Shown: piece after piece, positions 18,923 to 30,141 of the stretch
How the letters are laid out: every line of letters starts with the position of its first letter
Numbering within the stretch: the first letter of the stretch is position 1
Origin: Coriobacteriaceae bacterium
GTDB lineage: Bacteria > Actinomycetota > Coriobacteriia > Coriobacteriales > UBA8131
Assembly (NCBI GenBank): GCA_012515495.1
Contig: JAAYYH010000075.1
Location: forward strand, 1 to 34,370
Length of the DNA: 34,370 nucleotides
Direction: 5' to 3'
Notes under the pieces: generated by a model
Seen by the model: the letters and a program-made list of their open reading frames with translations, nothing else
What the model was told of the DNA's origin: nothing
Databases searched by the model: none
Made by a program: the position numbers and the translations under genes

Positions 18923-19008
18923 TCGGATTAGCATCTAGTTGACCGTGGCGTCGTTACAGCTTTGATCAGAATGGTCGAGCTGTCGGGTCCGTCGTCGTCG
19001 TGCGAGGC

Positions 19009-20349
19009 TCATTCCAGCGCACGGCCCTTGGTCTCGATACCGAATAGCGCCACTACTATCGCAACGATGACGAACACAACAGTCAGCACCACGAAAACAG
19101 CGATGAAACCTTGCTCTGCGCCATAGACCGAATACAGTACCGGAACGATCATCGGTGCGATGAAAGCACCGATGCGCCCAAAGGCAGCCGCCCAACCAGT
19201 GCCGGCGCCGCGAACTTCGGCAGGGTAGAGCTCGGGAGTATAGGAGTAGACACAACCCCAGGCACCCAATGCGAAGAAGTACAGCAGGCAACCAAAACCC
19301 AAGACCTCAGTTGTGCTACCCGCGTGCCCGAAAAGCCAGGCAGCCAGAGCAGTGCCGGCAAAGAATATGGTCAAGACCGGTTTGCGACCGATCCTTTCTA
19401 TCAGCACTGCTGCCGCAAGATAGCCTGGCAGTTGAGCCAGACACATGATCAAAGTGAATTCGAAGCTCCTTACCAGATCGAAACCCTGGGCGACCAAAAA
19501 GCTCGGCGTCCAGAGCACAAAGCCGTAGTAGCCGAAATTGATGCCGAACCAGAGCACCCAGAGCACCGCTGTGGCTCGCAGGTGCCTGCGCGACCAGAGA
19601 CTGGTGAACGAGCGGAACAGACCAGCGGGTTTCGTTGTCTGCGCTGCGATGGGATCAGGAGCCATAGGGCTCTCAGGATCGATGGTGATCCCCGCCTCCC
19701 GTTCCATTCCAGTGACTATGCGGTTGGCCTCCTCGTGACGCCCCTGTCTTTCTAAGAAACGCGGAGATTCGGGAATAGCGAAGCGCAGGATAGCCGCAAA
19801 GAAAGCCGGAACAGCGCCGATTAGGAAGGCAGCGCGCCAGCCAAACTGGGGAATCGCGAGATAGGCGATGAGGGCGGCAGCTATCCAGCCCCAGGCCCAG
19901 AAGCTCTCAAGTATCACGACGTTGCGTCCGCGCTTGGATTTTGGGGAGAGTTCGCTGATCAATGTCGAAGCAGCGGGAAGCTCCCCTCCCAAACCGAAAC
20001 CGGTGATAAAACGACAGACGAGCAGCATCCAGTAATTGACAGCGAAGCCCGAAAGTGCGCTACCAATGCTGAATAACATCAGTGTCCAGACGATGACGGC
20101 GCGCCTGCCCCAACGATCGGAGGCGATACCGCTCAACGCCGCGCCCAGAATCATCCCTAAGATACCAGCACTTCCCAACAGTGAGAGTTGCGCTGTAGTC
20201 AGAGCCCACTCTTTGCCGACAGAGGCGATGACGCCACTTACCATGCCTTGATCCATGGCATCGAACAGCCAGCCGATGCCGGTGAAGAGCAGTATCTTGC
20301 GCATGCTCTTCGTCATTGGCAGGGCATCGATACGTTGTGAGATACTCAT
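19009..20349 (-). CDS. MFS transporter, NiaP/YceI-like (putative niacin or small-metabolite importer)
   Basis: 12-TM MFS protein. It shares GWLFDAMD, GGELPAASTLISE, LESFWAWGW, SFEFTLIMCLAQLPGY and GAWGCVYSYTPELYP...AAFGRIG with what I recall of B. subtilis YceI/NiaP. Substrate assignment is inference. Confidence 0.85.
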   Translation of the reverse strand: MSISQRIDALPMTKSMRKILLFTGIGWLFDAMDQGMVSGVIASVGKEWALTTAQLSLLGSAGILGMILGAALSGIASDRWGRRAVIVWTLMLFSIGSALSGFAVNYWMLLVCRFITGFGLGGELPAASTLISELSPKSKRGRNVVILESFWAWGWIAAALIAYLAIPQFGWRAAFLIGAVPAFFAAILRFAIPESPRFLERQGRHEEANRIVTGMEREAGITIDPESPMAPDPIAAQTTKPAGLFRSFTSLWSRRHLRATAVLWVLWFGINFGYYGFVLWTPSFLVAQGFDLVRSFEFTLIMCLAQLPGYLAAAVLIERIGRKPVLTIFFAGTALAAWLFGHAGSTTEVLGFGCLLYFFALGAWGCVYSYTPELYPAEVRGAGTGWAAAFGRIGAFIAPMIVPVLYSVYGAEQGFIAVFVVLTVVFVIVAIVVALFGIETKGRALE

Positions 20350-20590
20350 GTTACTTCTCTCAGTTCCCTTCGCGGTTTTTTATCGCTTAAGCGGTCATGC
20401 GTACTACGCCGTATCGTTTATTGTAGCCATAGCAGCCTTGGCACCAAGGCACAACCTTGGCCAGACAGGTAAAGTGCGGATATGAACGGCACTATACTGT
20501 TTCTCATATCGATTCAGGCTGTCTGATAATAAGGTGATGATAAGGTTACGATGGCTAGGCAAATAGATACACCCGGAGGCGTGTTATACG

Positions 20591-20620
20591 TTGACATCGG
20601 GGTATTCAATAGCGTAATAT
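20591..20620 (+). promoter_or_regulatory. Putative promoter of the tRNA-Tyr/Thr/Met-tuf unit
   Basis: TTGACA (20591-20596), 18-nt spacer, TAATAT (20615-20620). This is about 90 nt upstream of tRNA-Tyr. Confidence 0.5.
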
Positions 20621-20708
20621 GCCCTCTGCTCGCGTTCATGGGGAAACCTGTGATTGCGTGAGCACGCAACTTGAAAAGCGCACAATATATCAAGAGATCT
20701 ACCTAGAT

Positions 20709-20793
20709 GGGGGTGTGCCCGAGTGGCTAAAGGGGACGGGCTGTAAACCCGTTGGCTACGCCTACCATGGTTCGAATCCATGCGCCCCCACCA
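20709..20793 (+). tRNA. tRNA-Tyr (anticodon GTA), long variable arm, encoded CCA
   Basis: Acceptor GGGGGTG/CGCCCCC. Anticodon arm ACGGG/CTGTAAA/CCCGT. Long variable arm. T arm CATGG/TTCGAAT/CCATG. Ends A-CCA. Confidence 0.9.
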
Positions 20794-20820
20794 CCTGCTA
20801 ATCAAGTGGGTGTTCTAAAT

Positions 20821-20897
<77 letters not shown>

Positions 20898-20921
20898 TTA
20901 CCCTTAGCCCTCAAGGAATGC

Positions 20922-20998
20922 GGCGGTGTAGCTCAGTTGGTCAGAGCACACGGTTCATACCCGTGGCGTCATTGGTTCAAATCCAATCACCGCTACCA
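20922..20998 (+). tRNA. tRNA-Met (anticodon CAT), elongator-type (or tRNA-Ile2 if lysidinylated), encoded CCA
   Basis: Acceptor GGCGGTG/CACCGCT. Anticodon arm CACGG/TTCATAC/CCGTG. T arm ATTGG/TTCAAAT/CCAAT. It lacks the initiator features: there is no 1-72 mismatch and no triple G-C pairs in the anticodon stem. Confidence 0.88.
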
Positions 20999-21076
20999 GA
21001 ACTATCACGCGCTATACGCGCGTTGAAGCTATACGAATAATCAATGCAAGCACGAGAATCCTTTAAGGAGGAAATA

Positions 21077-22261
<1,185 letters not shown>

Positions 22262-22275
22262 GACCCGTTACAATC

Positions 22276-22306
22276 ATTCAGCCCGGTACCCAGTATCGGG
22301 CTGAAT
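22276..22306 (+). terminator. Hairpin downstream of tuf (possible terminator/attenuator)
   Basis: ATTCAGCCCG (22276-22285) pairs with CGGGCTGAAT (22297-22306), a 10-bp stem with an 11-nt loop. The weak T tract (TGTG) makes efficiency doubtful. Confidence 0.4.
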
Positions 22307-22465
22307 TGTGCGCTCATCTAAGACGCTTTATCCATATCTGCGCTGAAGATGCTCCTTTTTGGGCAGCCTCGTCTGGCTGACTGGTCTGTTGACGGTGGCA
22401 AGACGGGAATGGTATGGTATTCCACTGCGTTCGAAACGATATTATGCATCTGTGTAGGAGGATTC

Positions 22466-22615
22466 ATGCGAACCTTGGTCACCTTGGCGTGTACTGAATG
22501 TAAACGCCGCAACTATACGACCAAAAAGAATAAACAGAGTAATCCCGAGCGTATCGAGTACAAGAAGTACTGCAAATGGTGCAAGGGACATACCGTGCAC
22601 CGCGAGACGCGCTAA
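22466..22615 (+). CDS. rpmG: 50S ribosomal protein L33
   Basis: [23 protein letters not shown]...[15 protein letters not shown] is the zinc-ribbon form with CxxC...CxxC. TAGGAGGA lies upstream of ATG 22466. The track ORF start 22349 is rejected. Confidence 0.93.
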   Translation: MRTLVTLACTECKRRNYTTKKNKQSNPERIEYKKYCKWCKGHTVHRETR

Positions 22616-22630
22616 GGCAGTCGATGAATT

Positions 22631-22707
22631 AGGCCAGTAGCTCCAATTGGTAGAGCGGCGGTCTCCAAAACCGCATGTTGGGGGTTCGAATCCCTCCTGG
22701 CCTGCCA
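22631..22707 (+). tRNA. tRNA-Trp (anticodon CCA), encoded CCA
   Basis: Acceptor AGGCCAG/CTGGCCT. Anticodon arm GCGGT/CTCCAAA/ACCGC. T arm GGGGG/TTCGAAT/CCCTC. Discriminator G followed by CCA. Confidence 0.92.
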
Positions 22708-22741
22708 GCTCATCACGATAGTTCGATTTGACAGGAAGACG

Positions 22742-23089
22742 ATGGCAAAGAACCGGACAACGGAAAAAAAATCCAACAATACCTCGACAAAGGTCGCTAA
22801 GCCTGCGCCGAAGTCTCCGGTCAAGTCTACCAAAACCGCTGCCAAGACGGTTAAAGGGACACCGAAGAAAGAAAGCTTGATCACCAAGATCAGGAGCTAT
22901 TTCCACAACGTCCGCCTGGAGATCAAACGGACTACGTGGCCTAATAGAACCGAGGTCTTCCACATGAGCCTGGTCGTGGTCGCCGCGCTGCTATTCTTTG
23001 GCGTGTTGATCTTCGCTCTGGACTCAATCCTGTATACCCTGGTCGAACTGTACTCAAAACTCTATTTCGTAATCGGGGCAGGAGCGTAG
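22742..23089 (+). CDS. secE: Preprotein translocase subunit SecE
   Basis: Lys/Thr-rich N-tail, then FHNVRLEIKRTTWPNRTEVFHMSLVVVAALLFFGVLIFALD, which is the SecE core TM. Its position between tRNA-Trp and nusG is conserved. Confidence 0.9.
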   Translation: MAKNRTTEKKSNNTSTKVAKPAPKSPVKSTKTAAKTVKGTPKKESLITKIRSYFHNVRLEIKRTTWPNRTEVFHMSLVVVAALLFFGVLIFALDSILYTLVELYSKLYFVIGAGA

Positions 23090-23095
23090 CGGATT

Positions 23096-23626
23096 ATGGC
23101 AAAGAAATGGTACGTACTCCATACCTATTCGGGGTATGAGAACAAAGTCAAGAATAATCTTCAACATCGTATCGAATCCATGCAACTTGAGGACCAAGTC
23201 TTTGATATCCAGATCCCTACTGAGGAGGTCATTGAAATCAAGGAAGGTGGTAAACGGGTTACCACCGAGAAGAAGGTATTTCCCGGTTACGTGCTGGTAC
23301 GCATGGAATTAGATGACCGCTCCTGGGGTGTCGTGCGTAACACACCTGGTGTGACCGGTTTCGTTGGTGCCCAGGGTAAGCCATCACCTCTATCTCGGGA
23401 AGAATATGATCGCATCATGAAGCGGACTCGCTCCGATGCTCCCAAGAAGACATCATCGGATCTGAGCGTTGGACAGAGCGTCAAGGTTGTATCCGGACCT
23501 TTGGCGGAATTCGATGGCGTGATCTCTGAGGTTCAGCCAGAGACTGGCAAGATCAAGGTCCTGGTCTCGATATTCGGTCGCGAGACTCCGGTTGAGTTGA
23601 GCTACGACCAAGTGGCGAAGCTCTGA
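23096..23626 (+). CDS. nusG: Transcription termination/antitermination factor NusG
   Basis: [19 protein letters not shown] (NGN domain), FPGYVLVRM, and a KOW motif ([21 protein letters not shown]). Confidence 0.95.
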   Translation: MAKKWYVLHTYSGYENKVKNNLQHRIESMQLEDQVFDIQIPTEEVIEIKEGGKRVTTEKKVFPGYVLVRMELDDRSWGVVRNTPGVTGFVGAQGKPSPLSREEYDRIMKRTRSDAPKKTSSDLSVGQSVKVVSGPLAEFDGVISEVQPETGKIKVLVSIFGRETPVELSYDQVAKL

Positions 23627-23790
23627 TAGCAGGAACAATCAGTCTGGTCGCAAACGTTGGTGACTGGGCAGTGTGGATTGGAATCAACACGGCGGTGTCC
23701 CCTGAAGGGAGCTTCTCGCCAGCCGTTTGAGATAGCATGACAGATAACGTCTCAGATTGACGGAGTACGTAGGTAAAGGAAGTACACAAG

Positions 23791-24339
23791 ATGGCTCCCA
23801 AGAAGAAGATAATCGGCAATATCAAATTACAGATCCCGGCTGGAGCAGCGACACCTGCGCCACCGGTCGGCCCTGCCCTTGGTGCCAAGGGCGTGAACAT
23901 CATGCAGTTCTGTCAGGCTTTCAATGCCGCGACACAGGATAAGGGCAGCACAATCATCCCCGTAGAGATCACAGTCTATGAGGACAAGACCTTCGAATTC
24001 ATCACCAAGACACCCCCCGCTGCCATCCTCATCAAGGAAGCACTGAGCCTTAAATCTGGTTCAGGCGCGCCTCACACCCAAAAAGTGGGCACCTTGACCA
24101 AGGAACAACTACGCTCCATCGCCGAGATCAAACTACCGGACCTGAACGCCAATGACATCGAAGCTGCGATGAAGGTTGTCCAGGGCACCGCTCGTTCAAT
24201 GGGCGTCAGGATCGAGGGCATCGCTGATACGGGTGTCTATATCAAGGGCCGTAAAGTCAAGACAAAGACCCAGATAAACGAAGAGTTCGCGGCTGAGGCA
24301 GCAGCTGATGCCTTTGCATCGGATGTGGTTAACTCCTGA
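23791..24339 (+). CDS. rplK: 50S ribosomal protein L11 with ~39-aa C-terminal extension
   Basis: [35 protein letters not shown]...[12 protein letters not shown] matches L11 end to end. A further 39 residues (IADTGVY...ASDVVNS) follow before the stop. Confidence 0.93.
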   Translation: MAPKKKIIGNIKLQIPAGAATPAPPVGPALGAKGVNIMQFCQAFNAATQDKGSTIIPVEITVYEDKTFEFITKTPPAAILIKEALSLKSGSGAPHTQKVGTLTKEQLRSIAEIKLPDLNANDIEAAMKVVQGTARSMGVRIEGIADTGVYIKGRKVKTKTQINEEFAAEAAADAFASDVVNS

Positions 24340-24424
24340 GGTCTTGGCCTGAGGATTGATACCAGAACGTACATATTGTAAAGCGTGGAAGGGCGAGCAG
24401 CCCGTTGACCACAAAGGAGTAAAG

Positions 24425-25144
24425 ATGACAAAACTCACCAAGAACCAAAAGAATGCCCGCGCGAAAATCGAAGTCGGTCGGCTCTATGCACCGCTGGCAG
24501 CTGTTCGCCTTGCCAAAGAGATCAAGGCAGCACGATTCGACGAGACAATCGAAGTGCATATTCGCTTGGGTATCGATACCCGCCAGGCTGACCAGCAGGT
24601 GCGTGGATCGATCCCCCTGCCTCACGGTACTGGAAAGACCGTACGTGTTGCTGTTTTCGCCGAAGGCGAGAAGGCACGTGAAGCTGAGGCGGCCGGTGCC
24701 GATGTCATTGGTTCAGATGACCTCGTAGCTCGCATCCAAAGTGGGTTCTTGGACTTTGACGCCACCGTCGCCACACCGGACATGATGGCCAAGGTCGGTC
24801 GACTGGGTAAGATCTTGGGAACGCGTGGCCTGATGCCCAATCCCAAGCTCGGCACAGTCACCAATGATGTCAGTAGGATGGTTGGAGAACTCAAGGCCGG
24901 TCGTGTGGAGTATCGAGCAGATCGTTATGGTATCTGCCACGTACCCATTGGAAAGGCCTCTTTTGACGAGGTCAAACTGGTCGAGAACTATGCGACTCTG
25001 CTGGAGGAGATCATCCGCGTCAAGCCTGCCGCCGCCAAGGGTCGCTATCTGAAATCCATTACCATCGCCTCCACCATGGGACCAGGTTTGCCCGTTGACA
25101 CCACTAAGACCCGCAATCTTTTAGACGAAGAAGAAGCGGTCTGA
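24425..25144 (+). CDS. rplA: 50S ribosomal protein L1
   Basis: [16 protein letters not shown]...[33 protein letters not shown]...[10 protein letters not shown]-like motifs. AAAGGAG lies upstream of ATG 24425. The track start 24356 is rejected. Confidence 0.95.
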   Translation: MTKLTKNQKNARAKIEVGRLYAPLAAVRLAKEIKAARFDETIEVHIRLGIDTRQADQQVRGSIPLPHGTGKTVRVAVFAEGEKAREAEAAGADVIGSDDLVARIQSGFLDFDATVATPDMMAKVGRLGKILGTRGLMPNPKLGTVTNDVSRMVGELKAGRVEYRADRYGICHVPIGKASFDEVKLVENYATLLEEIIRVKPAAAKGRYLKSITIASTMGPGLPVDTTKTRNLLDEEEAV

Positions 25145-25359
25145 TTTGACATCTCTTCTGTGACGTGGAAGAATGTTTGAGCTTGAGAATCACGTTTGCA
25201 TCACGTTTGTTCGCTACCTTAGACAGCCGGTGCCCAATAGGGCCTAAATGAGACAGTCTCAGCCCGCCGAGGTGGTCGTAGATACAGGACCATATGCGCC
25301 CTGAACCCCAGCGACCCTCACTGTCTGTAGCGAGGGTCGTTTCCTTAAGGAGGTGAAAT
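25145..25359 (+). promoter_or_regulatory. rplJ leader; candidate L10(L12)4 autoregulatory leader with terminator-like hairpin
   Basis: A 215-nt untranslated gap. CGACCCTC (25312-25319) pairs with GAGGGTCG (25332-25339), followed by TTTCC. This hairpin abuts the AAGGAGG Shine-Dalgarno of rplJ. Confidence 0.4.
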
Positions 25360-25878
25360 ATGCCAAATGCAGAGAAAGCAGCAACACTGAAGAAGATCCA
25401 AAAGGACTTCGCCAATGCCGACGCAGTCTGGGTGGTGGATTACCGCGGTCTGAGTGTCAAGCAGTCAGAGAGGCTCCGTACCGCTGTTCGCGCTCAAGAC
25501 GCCTCATTGAAGATCTACAAAAATTCCTTTACCGAGATCGCTCTCAGAGAACTGGGATTGCCCGAGATGGGCGACATCTTGGAAGGCCCCTCAGCGTTTA
25601 TCTTCGCTAACGGTGATCCCGTAAGCTCAGCCAAGGTCCTTAAGGCCTTCGCCAAGGAGAATGATAAATTGCAGATCAAGGGAGGTCTGCTGAGCAAAGA
25701 GTTGGTCACTGCCGATCAAGTCAAGGCCATTGCTGACCTACCGTCGCGCGAAGAGCTCATCGCCAAGCTCCTTGGCACTCTTAATAATCCGCTTATCGGT
25801 ATCGCTCGTGTGATCAATGGACCGGCGGAGAAGTTCGTTCGCACCTTATCAGCAATTGCCGAGAGCAAGGCTGCATAA
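25360..25878 (+). CDS. rplJ: 50S ribosomal protein L10
   Basis: The L10 N-terminal pattern (KKIQKDFANADAVWVVDYRGLSVKQSERLR) and the conserved rplJ-rplL order. Confidence 0.95.
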   Translation: MPNAEKAATLKKIQKDFANADAVWVVDYRGLSVKQSERLRTAVRAQDASLKIYKNSFTEIALRELGLPEMGDILEGPSAFIFANGDPVSSAKVLKAFAKENDKLQIKGGLLSKELVTADQVKAIADLPSREELIAKLLGTLNNPLIGIARVINGPAEKFVRTLSAIAESKAA

Positions 25879-25943
25879 TCATCTTTAAATCGGAAGCTGT
25901 GCAGCCCCTGCGCTGCTAAGACAATTGAAAGGAAGTATCAAGA

Positions 25944-26324
25944 ATGGCTGATATCACAAAAGAGCAGATCATTGAGGCCCTGAAGGCCATGCCGGCTCTG
26001 GAACTATCTGAGCTGGTCAAAGAGCTCGAAGAGGTCTTCGGAGTATCTGCCGCCGCTCCGGTTGCCTTTGCCGCCGCACCTGCTGGTGCCGCAGCGGAAG
26101 AGGTTGAAGAGCAGACGAGCTTCGATGTAGTGCTCGAGGGATATGGCGACAATAAGATCGCTGTCATCAAAGTCGTGCGCGAGCTCACTGGTCTGGGTCT
26201 CAAGGAGGCCAAGGATGCAGTTGAGGGAGCTCCCGGCAAGCTTATCGAGGGTCTGGATAAAGCAAAGGCCGAAGAGACGAAAGCCAAGCTGGAAGCTGCA
26301 GGTGCTGCAGTCACCCTTAAGTAG
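25944..26324 (+). CDS. rplL: 50S ribosomal protein L7/L12
   Basis: The Ala-rich hinge [18 protein letters not shown], and a C-domain with [27 protein letters not shown]...KAKLEAAGA. Confidence 0.96.
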   Translation: MADITKEQIIEALKAMPALELSELVKELEEVFGVSAAAPVAFAAAPAGAAAEEVEEQTSFDVVLEGYGDNKIAVIKVVRELTGLGLKEAKDAVEGAPGKLIEGLDKAKAEETKAKLEAAGAAVTLK

Positions 26325-26340
26325 CACAACAAAGATCTGA

Positions 26341-26379
26341 CAGAGAAGCCCTGCAGTCAGACGCTGCAGGGCTTCTCTG
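26341..26379 (+). terminator. Strong hairpin between rplL and rpoB (probable partial terminator/attenuator)
   Basis: A perfect 16-bp stem: CAGAGAAGCCCTGCAG (26341-26356) pairs with CTGCAGGGCTTCTCTG (26364-26379), loop TCAGACG. There is no T tract after it. Confidence 0.5.
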
Positions 26380-26531
26380 GCTGTGTCAGATGCACCGGCG
26401 CTATCTGTCGGGTTTCTGATTGTCAGCTATCGATAGCGCATACGGTTTCTCGGGTTTACAGCAGGATAGAAACGGTTAGGGAACTGCCACCAATCCTACA
26501 TAAAAACTACACCAAAGCGTCTCAGATACGA

Positions 26532-26560
26532 TTGACTCAATAAAAGTAAAACGATAACAT
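26532..26560 (+). promoter_or_regulatory. Possible internal promoter for rpoBC
   Basis: TTGACT (26532-26537), 17-nt spacer, TAACAT (26555-26560), within an AT-rich stretch about 50 nt upstream of the rpoB start. Confidence 0.35.
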
Positions 26561-26611
26561 TAAAGGTTGCGACTATTGGCGGCTCCATCTGAATATGAAG
26601 GAGGAATTCCC

Positions 26612-29600
26612 TTGCGTCGAGGACAGATTTCCACTCCTGCAAGTCTATATCGAGAGCGCAAAAGTTTCGCAAAAATCCCTGAGGTAATGGACGTCCCAAA
26701 TCTGATATCGATCCAAACCGATTCGTTCGGTTGGTTCAAAACCGAGGGCCTTGCAGAAGCTTTTAACGACATTTCACCCATTGAGAACAGTTCAAAGAAT
26801 CTCTTAGTGGAGTTTGGCTCCCACGAGTTCGGAGATCCGAAATTCTCTGTAGAAGAGTGTAAAGAAAAAGACATCTCATTTCAAGCACCCCTGTTCGTTG
26901 AGGTGCGTTTCATTAATAAGGACACCGGCGAGATCAAGGAGCAGGAGGTGTTCATGGGCGATTTTCCGATCATGACTCCACGTGGCACCTTCGTCATCAA
27001 CGGCACCGAGCGTGTGGTCGTCAGTCAGTTGGTCCGTTCTCCAGGTGTCTATTTCTCAGCTGAGACCGACAAGACCAGCGATAAGCTGTTATTCAACGCC
27101 AAGGTTATCCCTTCACGCGGTGCATGGTTGGAGTTCGAGACTGATCGCCGTGACATCCTCTCGGTGCGCGTCGATCGCAAGCGCAAACAGCCGGCTACAC
27201 TGTTGTTACGTGCACTGGATCTGGCTACTACCCGTGATGAGATCATCGATATGCTCGGTGACAGCGACCTAGTGATCCGTACGCTGGATCGAGATGGCGC
27301 TCAGACACGCGAAGAGGCCTTGATCGAGCTTTACAAGCGTCTCCGTCCCGGAGAGCCACCAAACGTCGACTCTGCTCGCACGCTGTTGGAGGGACTGTTC
27401 TTTAACCCCCAACGCTACGACTTGGCCAAGGTTGGTCGCTACAAGATCAACAACAAGCTGGGAACCGACGTGCCCGAGAGCCAGTCTACCCTGACTCCGG
27501 ACGACATCGTCAAGACGATGCGCTATATCGTCGACCTCCATGCTGGCGACGAAGACAAGCAGGTTGATGACATCGACCATTTTGGCAATCGGCGTATCCG
27601 CACGGTTGGCGAGCTGATCCAGAACCAGTTCCGGATTGGCCTCTCGCGCATGGAGCGTGTTGTGCGCGAGCGGATGTCTACTCAGGAAGTCGAGGACATC
27701 ACACCCCAGTCACTTATCAATATCCGTCCGATTGTGGCAGCCATCAAGGAGTTCTTCGGTTCTTCACAGTTGTCACAGTTCATGGACCAGACAAATCCGG
27801 CTACTGGGATCACCCACAAGCGTCGTCTCTCAGCCCTGGGTCCGGGAGGTCTTTCCCGTGAGCGCGCTGGCTTCGAGGTACGCGATGTCCATACCTCTCA
27901 TTACGGCCGTATGTGCCCGATCGAGACCCCTGAAGGTCCCAATATCGGTCTGATCGGCTCGCTCGCTTCCTATGCGCGCATCAATCCCTATGGCTTCATC
28001 GAAGCTCCGTATCGGCGCGTTGTTGATGGCAAAGTTACAGATGAGATTGACTACCTGACTGCTGACAAGGAAGAGAACTTCGTCATCGCTCAGGCTAATG
28101 AGTTATTCGATCAGCAGACGCGTATCTTTGGTCGTCTTGATCCTGAGATCGGCGAATTCGTTCCCGCCAAGCGGGTACTTTGTCGCGTGAAAGGTGTGGA
28201 CGGTACCTTTGGAGAGCCGGAGGAGGTCGAGCCTGAGAGAGTCGACTATATGGACGTCTCACCACGCCAGATGGTTTCTGTCGCTACGGCCTTGATCCCC
28301 TTCCTCGAGCATGATGACGCTAACCGTGCGCTGATGGGCTCGAATATGCAACGTCAGGCTGTGCCCTTATTGCGTCCCGCCGCTCCGCTGGTGGGAACCG
28401 GTATGGAACATCGTTGTGCCATCGACTCCGGTGAGATCGTCTTGGCGACTCGCGCAGGCGTCGTGGAGTATGTGCAAACAGACAAGGTCATCATCCGCGC
28501 CAAGGATGGTAGTACCGATGAATACACGCTGCCGAAATTCCAGCGCTCCAATCAGAGCGGTTGTCTGAATCATCGTCCGCTGGTCCGTGTTGGTCAGGAG
28601 GTCTTCGAGGGAGACATCCTCGCCGATGGTCCCGCAACCGATCTTGGCGAACTCTCGCTTGGTCAGAATCTGTTGGTCGCTTACATGCCTTGGGAAGGCT
28701 ATAACTACGAGGATGCCATCATCTTGTCTGAACGGGTTGTCAGTGATGACTTGCTGACGTCGATCCATATCAACCAATACGAGGTCGATGCCCGCGACAC
28801 CAAGCTTGGACCGGAGGAGATCACCCGCGAGATCCCCAACATCTCAGACGACATGATCGCAAATCTTGACGGTGACGGTATCATCCGCATCGGTGCCGAG
28901 GTCTTCCCTGGCGACGTGTTGGTTGGCAAGGTCACGCCCAAAGGCGAGACGGAATTGACTGCCGAAGAACGACTACTGAGGGCGATCTTTGGCGAGAAGG
29001 CCAGGGAAGTGCGGGATACCTCACTTAAAGTACCCCACGGCAGCGGTGGTCGCATCATCGGCATCTCGCGTTTCTCTAGGGAAACCGGTGACGAGCTGTC
29101 CCCAGGCGTCAATGAGTTGGTGCGAGTCTATGTGGCGCAGAAACGTAAGATCCAACAAGGAGACAAACTGGCTGGCCGTCACGGTAATAAAGGTGTTATC
29201 TCACGCATTCTGCCGATCGAGGATATGCCCTATATGGCCGACGGTACGCCTATCGACATCATCTTGAATCCTCTCGGTGTGCCATCACGTATGAACATCG
29301 GTCAGTTGCTGGAAACGCATCTTGGCTGGGCGGCGCATATCGGCTGGACGGACGAGGAGACGGATACAATTGTCGATGGTCCAATGTATGTTGCCACACC
29401 GGTTTTCGATGGTGCTTCAGAGACCGAGATATCCAACGCGATCGAGCGGGCGAACAGCAATCTGATCAATCGACGCAAAGCGGAACTGGGCAACCTGGTG
29501 CGCGAGGAATTGATTCCGCAGCTCTCGCGTGAAGGTAAGACCTGGCTCTTTGACGGCCGCACGGGAGAGAGGTTCCGCGAACCCATCACGGTTGGTCAGA

Positions 29601-30139
29601 ACTATATCCTCAAGCTCTCACATCTGGTTGATGATAAGATCCACGCCCGTTCAACCGGTCCATATTCGTTGATCACCCAGCAACCGCTTGGCGGTAAGGC
29701 GCAGTTTGGTGGCCAACGCTTCGGTGAGATGGAAGTCTGGGCGCTGTATGCCTATGGTGCCTCTCATGTCTTGCAGGAGATCTTGACCATCAAGTCCGAC
29801 GATACAGCTGGTCGAGTCAAGGCCTATGAGCACATCGTCAAAGGCGAGAACATCCCGGCTGCCGAGGTACCGGAGTCATTCAAGGTTTTAGTCAAGGAGA
29901 TGAAGTCACTCTGTCTGGATGTCGAGCTGATCGGTGAGCAACAGGAACCCGAGACGCTGGCTGATATGCCGATGCCCGAAGAGCCGAAGAGCTTGGCTTC
30001 GGCATTCATCATGGATGATTTTGATGATGATGAGATCGCTCTGGATTTCATCGCCAGCTCTCTCTCGGATCTCGATTTAGGGGAGTCGGATGATAAGGGT
30101 GATCTGCAAATGTTCGATAACGAAGGTGGAGAGGAGTGA
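26612..30139 (+). CDS. rpoB: DNA-directed RNA polymerase subunit beta, with acidic C-terminal tail
   Basis: Full-length beta homology ([72 protein letters not shown]). TTG 26612 lies 6 nt after AAGGAGGA. The track start 26567 has no RBS. Confidence 0.95.
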   Translation: MRRGQISTPASLYRERKSFAKIPEVMDVPNLISIQTDSFGWFKTEGLAEAFNDISPIENSSKNLLVEFGSHEFGDPKFSVEECKEKDISFQAPLFVEVRFINKDTGEIKEQEVFMGDFPIMTPRGTFVINGTERVVVSQLVRSPGVYFSAETDKTSDKLLFNAKVIPSRGAWLEFETDRRDILSVRVDRKRKQPATLLLRALDLATTRDEIIDMLGDSDLVIRTLDRDGAQTREEALIELYKRLRPGEPPNVDSARTLLEGLFFNPQRYDLAKVGRYKINNKLGTDVPESQSTLTPDDIVKTMRYIVDLHAGDEDKQVDDIDHFGNRRIRTVGELIQNQFRIGLSRMERVVRERMSTQEVEDITPQSLINIRPIVAAIKEFFGSSQLSQFMDQTNPATGITHKRRLSALGPGGLSRERAGFEVRDVHTSHYGRMCPIETPEGPNIGLIGSLASYARINPYGFIEAPYRRVVDGKVTDEIDYLTADKEENFVIAQANELFDQQTRIFGRLDPEIGEFVPAKRVLCRVKGVDGTFGEPEEVEPERVDYMDVSPRQMVSVATALIPFLEHDDANRALMGSNMQRQAVPLLRPAAPLVGTGMEHRCAIDSGEIVLATRAGVVEYVQTDKVIIRAKDGSTDEYTLPKFQRSNQSGCLNHRPLVRVGQEVFEGDILADGPATDLGELSLGQNLLVAYMPWEGYNYEDAIILSERVVSDDLLTSIHINQYEVDARDTKLGPEEITREIPNISDDMIANLDGDGIIRIGAEVFPGDVLVGKVTPKGETELTAEERLLRAIFGEKAREVRDTSLKVPHGSGGRIIGISRFSRETGDELSPGVNELVRVYVAQKRKIQQGDKLAGRHGNKGVISRILPIEDMPYMADGTPIDIILNPLGVPSRMNIGQLLETHLGWAAHIGWTDEETDTIVDGPMYVATPVFDGASETEISNAIERANSNLINRRKAELGNLVREELIPQLSREGKTWLFDGRTGERFREPITVGQNYILKLSHLVDDKIHARSTGPYSLITQQPLGGKAQFGGQRFGEMEVWALYAYGASHVLQEILTIKSDDTAGRVKAYEHIVKGENIPAAEVPESFKVLVKEMKSLCLDVELIGEQQEPETLADMPMPEEPKSLASAFIMDDFDDDEIALDFIASSLSDLDLGESDDKGDLQMFDNEGGEE

Positions 30140-30141
30140 GC

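Noticed and set aside
21007-21023. Small GC hairpin ACGCGC-TATAC-GCGCGT between tRNA-Met and tuf
   Set aside because: It is only a 6-bp stem with no T tract. It may be a tRNA processing or spacer structure, and nothing supports a distinct feature.
22442-22963. 173-aa minus-strand ORF covering rpmG, tRNA-Trp and secE
   Set aside because: It runs antisense across a tRNA gene and two conserved genes, which is implausible as a real CDS.
26426-26437. Perfect 12-bp palindrome GCTATCGATAGC in the rplL-rpoB spacer
   Set aside because: It is a single short palindrome with no second copy in the window. A chance occurrence cannot be excluded.
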